Source: an uncultured Oscillospiraceae bacterium
GTDB lineage: Bacteria; Bacillota; Clostridia; Oscillospirales; Ruminococcaceae
Direction of reading: 5' to 3'
NCBI GenBank assembly: GCA_964370825.1
Contig: CAYJKY010000012.1
Coordinates: forward strand, 1,594 to 65,593
Length of the DNA stretch: 64,000 bases
The notes under the pieces are model-generated. The model was not told the DNA's origin. It was given only the letters and a program-made list of their open reading frames with translations, and did no database searches. A program made the position numbers and the translations under genes. Shown in pieces: positions 28,297 to 36,566 of the stretch; the first letter of the stretch is position 1, and every line of letters starts with the position of its first letter.

Positions 28297-29346
28297 ATGC
28301 AAAACGAAATTATCAGCACAGGCAAGACGATAGAGCTTGCCGTTGAGGCGGGTCTTGCAGAACTTGGAGTTACCAGAGATGATGTTACGGTCGAAGTTTT
28401 GGAAACACCGGTTCGCCGTTTATTTCGCTCCACTCCTGCAAAGGTGCGAATCGTTCGTGACCTACCGCAGGAGAACGTCGCTCCGGTTAAACCGGCACCT
28501 ACTCCGGTGGTAGAAAAATCCGAGAAAGCTGTCGTAAAAAAGGAAAAAGTGGTACAAGAAGCTCCGGTTAAGGCTGTGCAGAAGGAACAACCGGTTCAGA
28601 AAAAAAATGTGGTAGCACCCGAAACAACTACGGAAAGACCGTCAAGAAAATCCACGCCGAGAAGCGAAGCGGATGTTGAGATGCTCAACAAAAAAACTCA
28701 GCTTGCATCCGAGTTTCTAGATAAAGTATTTAACGCTATGGAGCTTTCCGATGTTACCATCGAACCCAAGTCGGTAGAACGCGGTGCGGTGTTAAATATT
28801 TCAGGCGAAAATATGTCGGTTCTTATAGGCAAGAGGGGAGAGACCATGGAGGCGCTTTCCTATCTCACCTCGCTTGTTGCAAACAGTATCGGTGGAAACT
28901 TTGAGAAGATGTCGCTTGACATTGCCGGATATCGTGAAAAACGTGAGGAGGATTTGACCGCCCTTGCAAAACGTATCTCGGCTAATGTTCTCAAGAGTGG
29001 ACGTCCGTATGCTTTAGAGCCCATGAACCCTTACGAAAGACGAATCATCCACACCGCTATTGGCGAGATTGAAGGAATAGCAAGCGAATCTCAGGGAGAT
29101 GGAGACAGACGTCATATAGTAATTTACAGCGAAGCCGAGGGAGCACCCGGCATTGTGCGATACAACGAGCGTCGTGACCGTTCCTCAAGGGATAGAGGAG
29201 ACAACCGCAGGGGAGGTGGTCGCCGTGACGGACGCCGTGACCGTGACCGTGATCGCAAACCTAAACAGCCCCCTATTGTATCTACACGCACCGAAAAGGT
29301 AGACGACGACACTGCACGTCCGTTATTTTCCAAGATAGAGCTTTAA
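28297..29346 (+). CDS. jag: Jag/KhpB RNA-binding protein (Jag_N, KH, R3H) with an unusual Arg/Asp/Gly-rich C-terminal tail.
   Basis: N-terminus GKTIELAVEAGLAELGV, R3H element RRIIHTAIGEIEGIASESQGDGDRRHIVIY, tail RDRSSRDRGDNRRGGGRRDGRRDRDRDRKPKQPP. The ATG at 28297 has an aaagga RBS. Confidence 0.8.
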   Translation: MQNEIISTGKTIELAVEAGLAELGVTRDDVTVEVLETPVRRLFRSTPAKVRIVRDLPQENVAPVKPAPTPVVEKSEKAVVKKEKVVQEAPVKAVQKEQPVQKKNVVAPETTTERPSRKSTPRSEADVEMLNKKTQLASEFLDKVFNAMELSDVTIEPKSVERGAVLNISGENMSVLIGKRGETMEALSYLTSLVANSIGGNFEKMSLDIAGYREKREEDLTALAKRISANVLKSGRPYALEPMNPYERRIIHTAIGEIEGIASESQGDGDRRHIVIYSEAEGAPGIVRYNERRDRSSRDRGDNRRGGGRRDGRRDRDRDRKPKQPPIVSTRTEKVDDDTARPLFSKIEL

Positions 29347-29362
29347 AAAATAAGGTTTCGGT

Positions 29363-30736
29363 ATGAATATAATTATTGTTGGTGACGGCAAGGTAGGAAA
29401 CACCCTTACAAGGTTATTGACCATGGAGGGGCATGATCTTGTTGTCATAGACAGCAAGGCAGAAGCACTTACCGACTCAAGAAATCGGCTTGATGTTATT
29501 ACACTCAACGGCAACGGCGCGAGCATTGATGTGCTCAGAGAGGCCGGTGCTGAGGATGCGGACTTACTGATTGCCGCAACCTCGCTCGACGAGGTCAATA
29601 TACTGTCCTGTATGCTTGCAAAGAAACTCGGTACCGAGCACACTATTGCACGTGTAAGAACGCAGGACTACCTAAAAAGCCTATCCTTCCTTAAGGAGGA
29701 GATGGGTCTTTCCATGACGATTAACCCCGAAATGGAAAGTGCTATAGAAATCCTCAAGGTTCTCAGATTCCCTTCTGCCGTTAATGTCGATACATTTGCC
29801 GGCGGAAGGGTTGAGGTTGTTGAGATAAAGCTTATGGAAGGGAATCCTTTAATAGGAAGAAGGCTTGCCGACCTACGTAGCGAGATAGCAGATAGCTTCA
29901 TCGTGTGCGCAGTCGACAGAAATTCTGAGGTGATCATCCCAAACGGTGATTTTGTGTTTGCCGAGGATGATAAGCTTTCCATAACCGGAAATCGAAGTAA
30001 GATTACGAGGGTATTTAAAAAGCTTAAGATATTTAAAAAAATGGTGCGTGATGTCGTTATAATTGGCGGAGGTACCATAGCATATTATCTTACAGTCAGC
30101 CTGTTAAAGCATGGGATTAAGGTTAAGATAGTGGAAAAAGATCGTGCGAGGGCAACCTTGTTATGCGAACTTTTGCCCGGTGCAAAAATCCTTTGCGGTG
30201 ATGGCACTGTAGCTGATCTTTGGCGTGAGGAACAGATATACCAGACCGATGCGGTTGTTGCGCTTACCGGTATGGACGAACAAAATATTATCATTGCGCT
30301 TATGGCAAAGGATAGTGAGTGTAAGGTAGTATCCAAGATTAGTCACCAGTCATTTACCTCGATATTAGATGACCTTGATATAGACACCGTGATATCACCA
30401 AAGTATATTACAGCATCGCAGATAGTTAGTTATGTTCGTGCTATGCAAAACAGTATGGGCAGCAAGGTTACGGCACTTTACAGGATTTTAGATGGCAATG
30501 TAGAAGCTCTCGAGTTTATAGTGGAGAATGGTGGAGCTTTCACCGGCAAAAAGCTTTCCGATCTTGTAATAAAACCCGGAGTTTTGATTGCCTGTATACA
30601 GCGCAAGGGTAAGATAATATTCCCTACCGGTGACTCCACCATAGAGGAACTCGATAGAGTTATTGTGACCACGACATTGCCGAAACTTTCCGATCTTTCC
30701 GAAATTTTTGTTCATTCGTCCGACACGGAGATATAG
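29363..30736 (+). CDS. trkA: Trk potassium-uptake regulatory subunit TrkA (two tandem RCK NAD-binding domains).
   Basis: Two Rossmann starts, IIVGDGKVG and VIIGGGTIA, in a 457-aa protein. Confidence 0.85.
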   Translation: MNIIIVGDGKVGNTLTRLLTMEGHDLVVIDSKAEALTDSRNRLDVITLNGNGASIDVLREAGAEDADLLIAATSLDEVNILSCMLAKKLGTEHTIARVRTQDYLKSLSFLKEEMGLSMTINPEMESAIEILKVLRFPSAVNVDTFAGGRVEVVEIKLMEGNPLIGRRLADLRSEIADSFIVCAVDRNSEVIIPNGDFVFAEDDKLSITGNRSKITRVFKKLKIFKKMVRDVVIIGGGTIAYYLTVSLLKHGIKVKIVEKDRARATLLCELLPGAKILCGDGTVADLWREEQIYQTDAVVALTGMDEQNIIIALMAKDSECKVVSKISHQSFTSILDDLDIDTVISPKYITASQIVSYVRAMQNSMGSKVTALYRILDGNVEALEFIVENGGAFTGKKLSDLVIKPGVLIACIQRKGKIIFPTGDSTIEELDRVIVTTTLPKLSDLSEIFVHSSDTEI

Positions 30737-30739
30737 CTT

Positions 30740-32203
30740 ATGAATATACGGATGATTGGTTATACGACGGGTGTGGTCCTGCTGTGTATGGCAGGGCTGA
30801 TGATTCTCCCTCTAATAACATCATTAGTGTATAATGGTGATGATACTTCTGCATTTTTAGCTTCCATAGCAATTACCGCTGCTGTGGGATTTTTGTTGGG
30901 GTTGATGAAGCCCAAAAATACCAGGATTTTTGCACGAGAGGGCTTTCTGACTGTGGCATTATCCTGGATTATGCTCTCGCTTTTCGGGGCGCTTCCTTTT
31001 GTGCTATCGGGTGCGATACCGAACTATGTTGATGCAATGTTCGAGAGTATGTCCGGCTTTACAACAACAGGTGCTTCGATACTTACCGATATAGAATCAC
31101 TTGATAAAGGAATTCTGTTCTGGCGAAGCTTCACCCACTGGATAGGTGGTATGGGCGTACTTGTGTTCATACTAGCAATACTTCCACTCTCGGGCGGACG
31201 CAACATGCATGTGATGAGGGCGGAAGTTCCGGGTCCTACCGTATCAAAATTGTTGCCGAAGATGCGCACCACCGCAATTGTATTATATGCAATATACATG
31301 GTTCTCACCATGCTTGAGATAGTGTTGTTGCTTTTTGCTGGAATGCCGCTGTTTGACAGTATGGTGCACTCGTTCGGAACTGCGGGAACCGGAGGATTTT
31401 CTATAAAAAATGCCTCTATCGCAGCGTATGACAACCCGTCGGTAGAGATAATTATTACCGTGTTTATGCTTTTGTTTGGCATAAACTTTAATATCTATTA
31501 TCTAATACTTATTCGACAGTTTTCAAAGGCATTTTTTGACGAGGAACTTAAAACATATACCGCTATAGTGTTAACCAGTATAGTGCTTGTAAGTATTAAC
31601 ATATACAGCCTGTATGGTGACCTGTTCACCACGGTTCGCAATGCGGCTTTTCAGGTTGCTACCATCATTACCACCACAGGCTACGCAACCGCAAACTTTG
31701 ACGAATGGCCTGAGTTTTCAAAAAGCTTGTTGGTTCTTTTAATGTTTGTCGGAGCATCGGCAGGCTCTACCGGAGGCGGGCTTAAGGTTTCGAGATTTAT
31801 CATCATGGTGAAATCGGTAGTTTCCGGACTTAAGACACAGCTTTTTCCGAGCAGTGTCAATATTGTGCGCTTACAGGACAGGAGGGTAGAGGAATCAACC
31901 GTTCGTGAGGTTCACAGCTATTTTATACTTTATATGTTGATAATGCTTGGCTCCTTTTTAATAATTTCGTTAGACGGATTTTCCTTTGAGACATCTTTTA
32001 CAGCAGTTGTTGCCTGCCTTAACAACATAGGACCCGGTCTTGATATGGTGGGTCCAATCGGAAATTATTCGGAGTTTTCTCCGCTATCTAAAATAGTGCT
32101 TTTCCTAAATATGGTTATCGGTCGTCTTGAAATTCTTCCCATAATAATCATGTTTACACCCTCTGCATGGAGGGGACGCTGGCTGTCGGGGGAAAATGCA
32201 TGA
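30740..32203 (+). CDS. trkH: Trk-type K+ transporter membrane subunit TrkH.
   Basis: Polytopic protein with repeated selectivity-filter-like GFTTTGAS, TAGTGGFS and TTTGYATA motifs. Confidence 0.85.
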   Translation: MNIRMIGYTTGVVLLCMAGLMILPLITSLVYNGDDTSAFLASIAITAAVGFLLGLMKPKNTRIFAREGFLTVALSWIMLSLFGALPFVLSGAIPNYVDAMFESMSGFTTTGASILTDIESLDKGILFWRSFTHWIGGMGVLVFILAILPLSGGRNMHVMRAEVPGPTVSKLLPKMRTTAIVLYAIYMVLTMLEIVLLLFAGMPLFDSMVHSFGTAGTGGFSIKNASIAAYDNPSVEIIITVFMLLFGINFNIYYLILIRQFSKAFFDEELKTYTAIVLTSIVLVSINIYSLYGDLFTTVRNAAFQVATIITTTGYATANFDEWPEFSKSLLVLLMFVGASAGSTGGGLKVSRFIIMVKSVVSGLKTQLFPSSVNIVRLQDRRVEESTVREVHSYFILYMLIMLGSFLIISLDGFSFETSFTAVVACLNNIGPGLDMVGPIGNYSEFSPLSKIVLFLNMVIGRLEILPIIIMFTPSAWRGRWLSGENA

Positions 32204-34413
32204 AGTATAAAAAATATTATATGAAGATATTGTTATGCACAATTTTTCTTTTGCTGTTTGTTTTTTTCGTACTTTCACAGTTTAACGTCTGGGTAAATGT
32301 TAATCTGGAGAAATCAACCACCGATGCATATACCGAGCTCGTATTACAACAACAACTTGCTTTTAACAGTGAGCTTGAAAGGGAGCGTGACGGTCTTGAG
32401 AGTATTTCAAAGGCCGTGATTGAGTTTGGATACAATGAGGACACCTTTGCGTCGTATGTAGCCTCGGTTAAGGAAAATTTTAACTATGAAGTTCTAACCA
32501 TTGTTGATGTTAATGGGCGGGGCTATTTGGACGGTGTGCTAATTGACATTTCAGACAGGCAATATTTTAAGGATGCGCTGAGTGGAGAAACATCTACTTC
32601 GGAACCGTATCTTTCCGATTTTAAAGATCATTTAGTTATTGCGGTTGCAGCACCTATCTATTTTGACGGATATGTCCAAGGGATAATTGTTGCAGAGTAC
32701 AGTACCGACGACCTAAGCTCACTATTAGCCTCTACCGTCAGCGAGCAAGGACAGGCACTGATTGTTAATCCTGACGGTAAGATTTTGATGAATACCAAAC
32801 AGGAAGCAGAAAATGATTTTCCGTTTCCCGGAAGTATGACTACAGGAGTCACCTCTGCTGACTCTGTTTATGAGGACCTTAGCAGTAACAACAAAAATAT
32901 ATTTACATATTCGCTTTTCGATAACGAGTATTATGCTTTCTATCAACCTATCGATATAAATGGCTGGAGTATTGTTTATATTGTTCCTGAAGAAATCGTA
33001 TCTGAAAATATTGATGAAATAATTATACTTACTGCTGTTGTCAGCCTTATTATTGTGTTCATTTTCCTTTTGTTAATTCTTTACATATTGATTTCCAAAA
33101 GAAGAAATATCGATAAGATCGAGCGGATAGCCTATTATGACGAGCTTACCGGAATACGCAATCTAGCAAAGTTTAAGATTGATGTATTGGAAACACTGCA
33201 AAAAAACAAAGATAAGCGGTATTATATGGTAAAGGGCGACATTGTCAACTTTAAGGCTGTAAACGAGCTTTATGGCTATGATGTAGGAAATGAGGTGCTT
33301 AAAACCATAGCAGAAACCGGCAAGGAGATGACCATCTGCGGTTTTATTCAGGCGAGAATGAACAGTGATGAATTTATCATGTTTGCAGAGCGTGATTTTT
33401 TTGAAGATATGGATAAAACCTCTGTAATGTATGAATCGAGGTTTAAAGAAATGTTGAACTGTGCCGAGGGACACCAGTTTTCTTTCCGTCTCGGCCGTTA
33501 CCTTATTAAGCCTAATGATTTTGACATAAATGGAATGATAAACAGCACAAACCTCGCACATAGCTATGCGAAAGCCAACAGCGACAGGCTGATATGGGAC
33601 TATGACGACAACTACAAGATGCTTCTTTTAAAGGAGACTGATATAGCAAACAGAATGGAGGGGGCTCTTAACAGAGAAGAATTTAGAGTTTATCTCCAAC
33701 CCAAGGTAGGTGTTGATGATAAAAAGATTATTGCCGCCGAAGCACTGGTACGTTGGATTGACGACGAAGGTAACATCACATACCCGAACGAATTCATACC
33801 ACTGTTCGAGCGTAACGGCTTTATCGTTAATCTTGACAGATATATGCTGAAAAAGGTTTGCGAGCTAATGCGCTCGTGGCAAAGAGAGGGTAAACCTATT
33901 ATTCCGATTTCTGTTAACCTTTCACGCAACAACCTTAAAAACCCCAACCTTGTTCGGGAGATAACCGATATCGTAAAAAGTCATGATATATCTACCGAGT
34001 ATATTGAAATCGAAATAACCGAAACAGGACTTGAGGACAATGAAAAGGATCTCATAGATTTATTTGTTCAGCTAAAAGATGAGGGTTTTCTGGTTTCTAT
34101 TGATGATTTTGGTTCCGGATACTCTTCGCTCGGTATGCTAAAGGAGTTTTGTGCCGATACACTTAAGCTGGATAGAAGCTTTTTTGTCGATCATAAGGAT
34201 GACACAAGGGGTAACATTGTGGTGGACGAAATAATCAAGCTATCGAGCAGGTTAGACATGTTTACAGTTGCCGAAGGTATTGAAGATGAAGATCAACACG
34301 GCTTTTTAAAGCAGATTGGCTGTAACGCCGCACAAGGCTATTTTTATGCAAGACCAATGCCGATATATGAGTTTGAAAAAATATGTTTTGAGGGTGAAAA
34401 AGATGAGACGTAA
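32200..34413 (+). CDS. Membrane c-di-GMP signalling protein: extracytoplasmic dCache-like sensor, TM, degenerate GGDEF domain (NSDEF) and an EAL phosphodiesterase domain.
   Basis: ATG 32200 overlaps the trkH stop (ATGA) and has a ggggga RBS. GGDEF-domain start AYYDELTGIRNLAKF, but the signature is RMNSDEF. EAL elements EALVRW and DDFGSGYSSL are present. Confidence 0.8.
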   Translation: MKYKKYYMKILLCTIFLLLFVFFVLSQFNVWVNVNLEKSTTDAYTELVLQQQLAFNSELERERDGLESISKAVIEFGYNEDTFASYVASVKENFNYEVLTIVDVNGRGYLDGVLIDISDRQYFKDALSGETSTSEPYLSDFKDHLVIAVAAPIYFDGYVQGIIVAEYSTDDLSSLLASTVSEQGQALIVNPDGKILMNTKQEAENDFPFPGSMTTGVTSADSVYEDLSSNNKNIFTYSLFDNEYYAFYQPIDINGWSIVYIVPEEIVSENIDEIIILTAVVSLIIVFIFLLLILYILISKRRNIDKIERIAYYDELTGIRNLAKFKIDVLETLQKNKDKRYYMVKGDIVNFKAVNELYGYDVGNEVLKTIAETGKEMTICGFIQARMNSDEFIMFAERDFFEDMDKTSVMYESRFKEMLNCAEGHQFSFRLGRYLIKPNDFDINGMINSTNLAHSYAKANSDRLIWDYDDNYKMLLLKETDIANRMEGALNREEFRVYLQPKVGVDDKKIIAAEALVRWIDDEGNITYPNEFIPLFERNGFIVNLDRYMLKKVCELMRSWQREGKPIIPISVNLSRNNLKNPNLVREITDIVKSHDISTEYIEIEITETGLEDNEKDLIDLFVQLKDEGFLVSIDDFGSGYSSLGMLKEFCADTLKLDRSFFVDHKDDTRGNIVVDEIIKLSSRLDMFTVAEGIEDEDQHGFLKQIGCNAAQGYFYARPMPIYEFEKICFEGEKDET

Positions 34414-34861
34414 AGATAGGGAACAATCAAAGGGTTTTGCATTAAAGGTTTGTGATGAATGCAGTTTTGCCGTTATATCTATGGTGTCGGATGACCATAA
34501 ACCGTACAGTGTTGCGGTAAACATTGTAAGAGATAATGATGTTATATATTTTCATTCTGCTAAGCAAGGCTACAAAAACAACATTCTTGCCGGTAACCCT
34601 GATGTATGTATAAATTGCGTCTCCTCTGCAAAGGTGATAGAGGATAAGTTTACCACCGAGTTCTGTTCGGCAGTAATAACAGGCACTGCATCGATAGTTA
34701 CAGATGAAAAGGAGCGATATTCTGCACTCAAACAGTTGTGTGAACGCCACACTCCGACTGCAATGGATATGTTTGACGAGCAGGTTGCAAAAAGCCTGAA
34801 CGTTACCGAGTTATGGCGAATAGATATTATCGAAATAACGGGGAAAAAGCTTGAAACATAG
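34403..34861 (+). CDS. Pyridoxamine 5'-phosphate oxidase-like FMN-binding protein (NimA/flavin-reductase-like split barrel).
   Basis: About 150 aa with the PNPOx-like pattern. Its start overlaps the upstream gene end. Confidence 0.5.
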   Translation: MRRKDREQSKGFALKVCDECSFAVISMVSDDHKPYSVAVNIVRDNDVIYFHSAKQGYKNNILAGNPDVCINCVSSAKVIEDKFTTEFCSAVITGTASIVTDEKERYSALKQLCERHTPTAMDMFDEQVAKSLNVTELWRIDIIEITGKKLET

Positions 34862-34946
34862 GCGGCCTATATGTCAAGGAAAAGCTCATAAATTTAGAGA
34901 ATAATAACAAATAGCATTATAGTTATTTAAACGTGAAAGCAAAAGA

Positions 34947-35297
34947 ATGAAATACTTAAAACAACTTACGGTGATCTTTATAATCACGTTTTGTGCGGAA
35001 ATAATAAAGCTTATAATTCCGCTCCCTATACCGTCTGGGATTTACGGGATGTTAATTATGTTCCTACTTCTCTGCTTTAAGATAGTAAAGTCGGAGCAGG
35101 TTTGTGATACCGCAAATTTTCTTATCGGAGTTATGGGTGTTATGTTCATACCTGCAGGTGTAGGCATTATTAACAATCTCGAGATTATGTCCTCCATGTT
35201 CGGAGCTGTTATAGTGAGTGTAGTGCTGATAACAGTTGCAGTAATGGCAGTAAGCGGAAAGGTTACCGACCTTTTGATAAAAAAGGAGAAGGATTAG
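34947..35297 (+). CDS. lrgA: LrgA/CidA holin-like protein.
   Basis: 116 aa, four TM helices, immediately upstream of lrgB. Confidence 0.8.
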   Translation: MKYLKQLTVIFIITFCAEIIKLIIPLPIPSGIYGMLIMFLLLCFKIVKSEQVCDTANFLIGVMGVMFIPAGVGIINNLEIMSSMFGAVIVSVVLITVAVMAVSGKVTDLLIKKEKD

Positions 35298-35977
35298 TGG
35301 ATATGATTTCGTCCTCAATTTTTTTCGGAACCGCGCTCACCTTGGCATCATATATGATCGGAGTTACCGTTAAAAATCGCTTTAAAAGGGAGATTTTCAA
35401 CCCGATACTTATCTCAATTATTATCATTATAGCTGTGTTGTTGCTATTTGATATAGACTATGATAAATATAATGCATCAGCGTCATATATCAGTTATTTT
35501 TTGACGCCTACAACCATTTGCCTTGCAGTTCCGCTGTACCGTCAACTTTGTGTACTGAGGAAAAATCCGGTTGCGATAATTTGCGGAATTCTCTCCGGTG
35601 TAGCAACAAGCTGTATTGCAACGTACCTACTGTCAGTCGCCTTTTCACTCACAAATACGCAGTACTATACCCTTCTTCCGAAATCCATAACAACAGCAAT
35701 AGGGTTGCCTCTAAGTCAAGAAATCGGCGGAATTGCCGACATAACGGTTACAGTAATAATTCTAACCGGAATATTCGGTAACCTTATAGCATCCTTTGTA
35801 ATAAAAATATTTCGAATAAAAAACCCTATATCAAAGGGAATTGCTATCGGAACATCCAGTCATGCTATAGGCACTGCAAAGGCAATCGAGATGGGAGAAG
35901 TCGAAACTGCGATGAGCAGCCTTTCCATAGCTATCAGCGGAATAATAACAGTAATTGTAATACAGTTTTTAATTTAA
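35297..35977 (+). CDS. lrgB: LrgB/CidB-family membrane protein.
   Basis: 226 aa with the conserved GTSSHAIGTAKA motif. Confidence 0.85.
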   Translation: MDMISSSIFFGTALTLASYMIGVTVKNRFKREIFNPILISIIIIIAVLLLFDIDYDKYNASASYISYFLTPTTICLAVPLYRQLCVLRKNPVAIICGILSGVATSCIATYLLSVAFSLTNTQYYTLLPKSITTAIGLPLSQEIGGIADITVTVIILTGIFGNLIASFVIKIFRIKNPISKGIAIGTSSHAIGTAKAIEMGEVETAMSSLSIAISGIITVIVIQFLI

Positions 35978-36079
35978 ACTACTTCAAAGTGTGAAATTGC
36001 ACACTTTGTGTGAAAAAACAGTTGTAATGTTTTTCAAGTTGATTGATTATAATAAATTTAATCAACTAAGCAGTTTTGG

Positions 36080-36144
36080 TATAACAGAAAAAGAGCCCCC
36101 CACATCCACAACAGAGAATGGTAAGCTGTTGTTGATATGGGGGG
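36080..36144 (-). terminator. Terminator of the fliD-fliS operon: 19-bp G/C-rich stem (two mismatches) with a tctttttctg tail on the minus strand.
   Basis: ccccccacatccacaacag ... ctgttgttgatatgggggg inverted repeat just downstream of the fliS stop. Confidence 0.7.
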
Positions 36145-36160
36145 TGACGCATTCAAAATA

Positions 36161-36544
36161 TTAGTTGGCTCCTTTGCTACGAGTTATGCGATCACACTCG
36201 GCAAAAGTTTCTCTCAACTCGGAAACAATAGGCAGGGCATCCTTGATAAGTTCGATATCCTTCTTTATGTTTGCCATCTGTAGCCGTGCAAGTATAAAAT
36301 CGTACAGCTTAGCCAGATTAGCAGAAAAGTTGTAGTCCTTGACAAGCGTTTCCTCTAAATGTTTAACAATACGCTGTGCCTTCAAAAGATTATTGTGTGA
36401 TTTTACATAGTCCTTTGTCTCGATGTAAACAATGGCTAAATTCATACACTTTTCTGTCTCATCAAATAGCTTTATTAAAAGCTCGCCAGGTGTCATGGTC
36501 AGTATGGCTTGTTCGCTGTAGTTATTATAAGGATTTAACGGCAT
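36161..36544 (-). CDS. fliS: Flagellar export chaperone FliS.
   Basis: 127 aa with the FliS-typical pattern (...LLIKLFDET..., ...ANLAKLYDFILARLQMANIKKD...). It follows fliD by 23 nt. Confidence 0.85.
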   Translation of the reverse strand: MPLNPYNNYSEQAILTMTPGELLIKLFDETEKCMNLAIVYIETKDYVKSHNNLLKAQRIVKHLEETLVKDYNFSANLAKLYDFILARLQMANIKKDIELIKDALPIVSELRETFAECDRITRSKGAN

Positions 36545-36566
36545 AAAAGTACCTCCGATTTTATTC

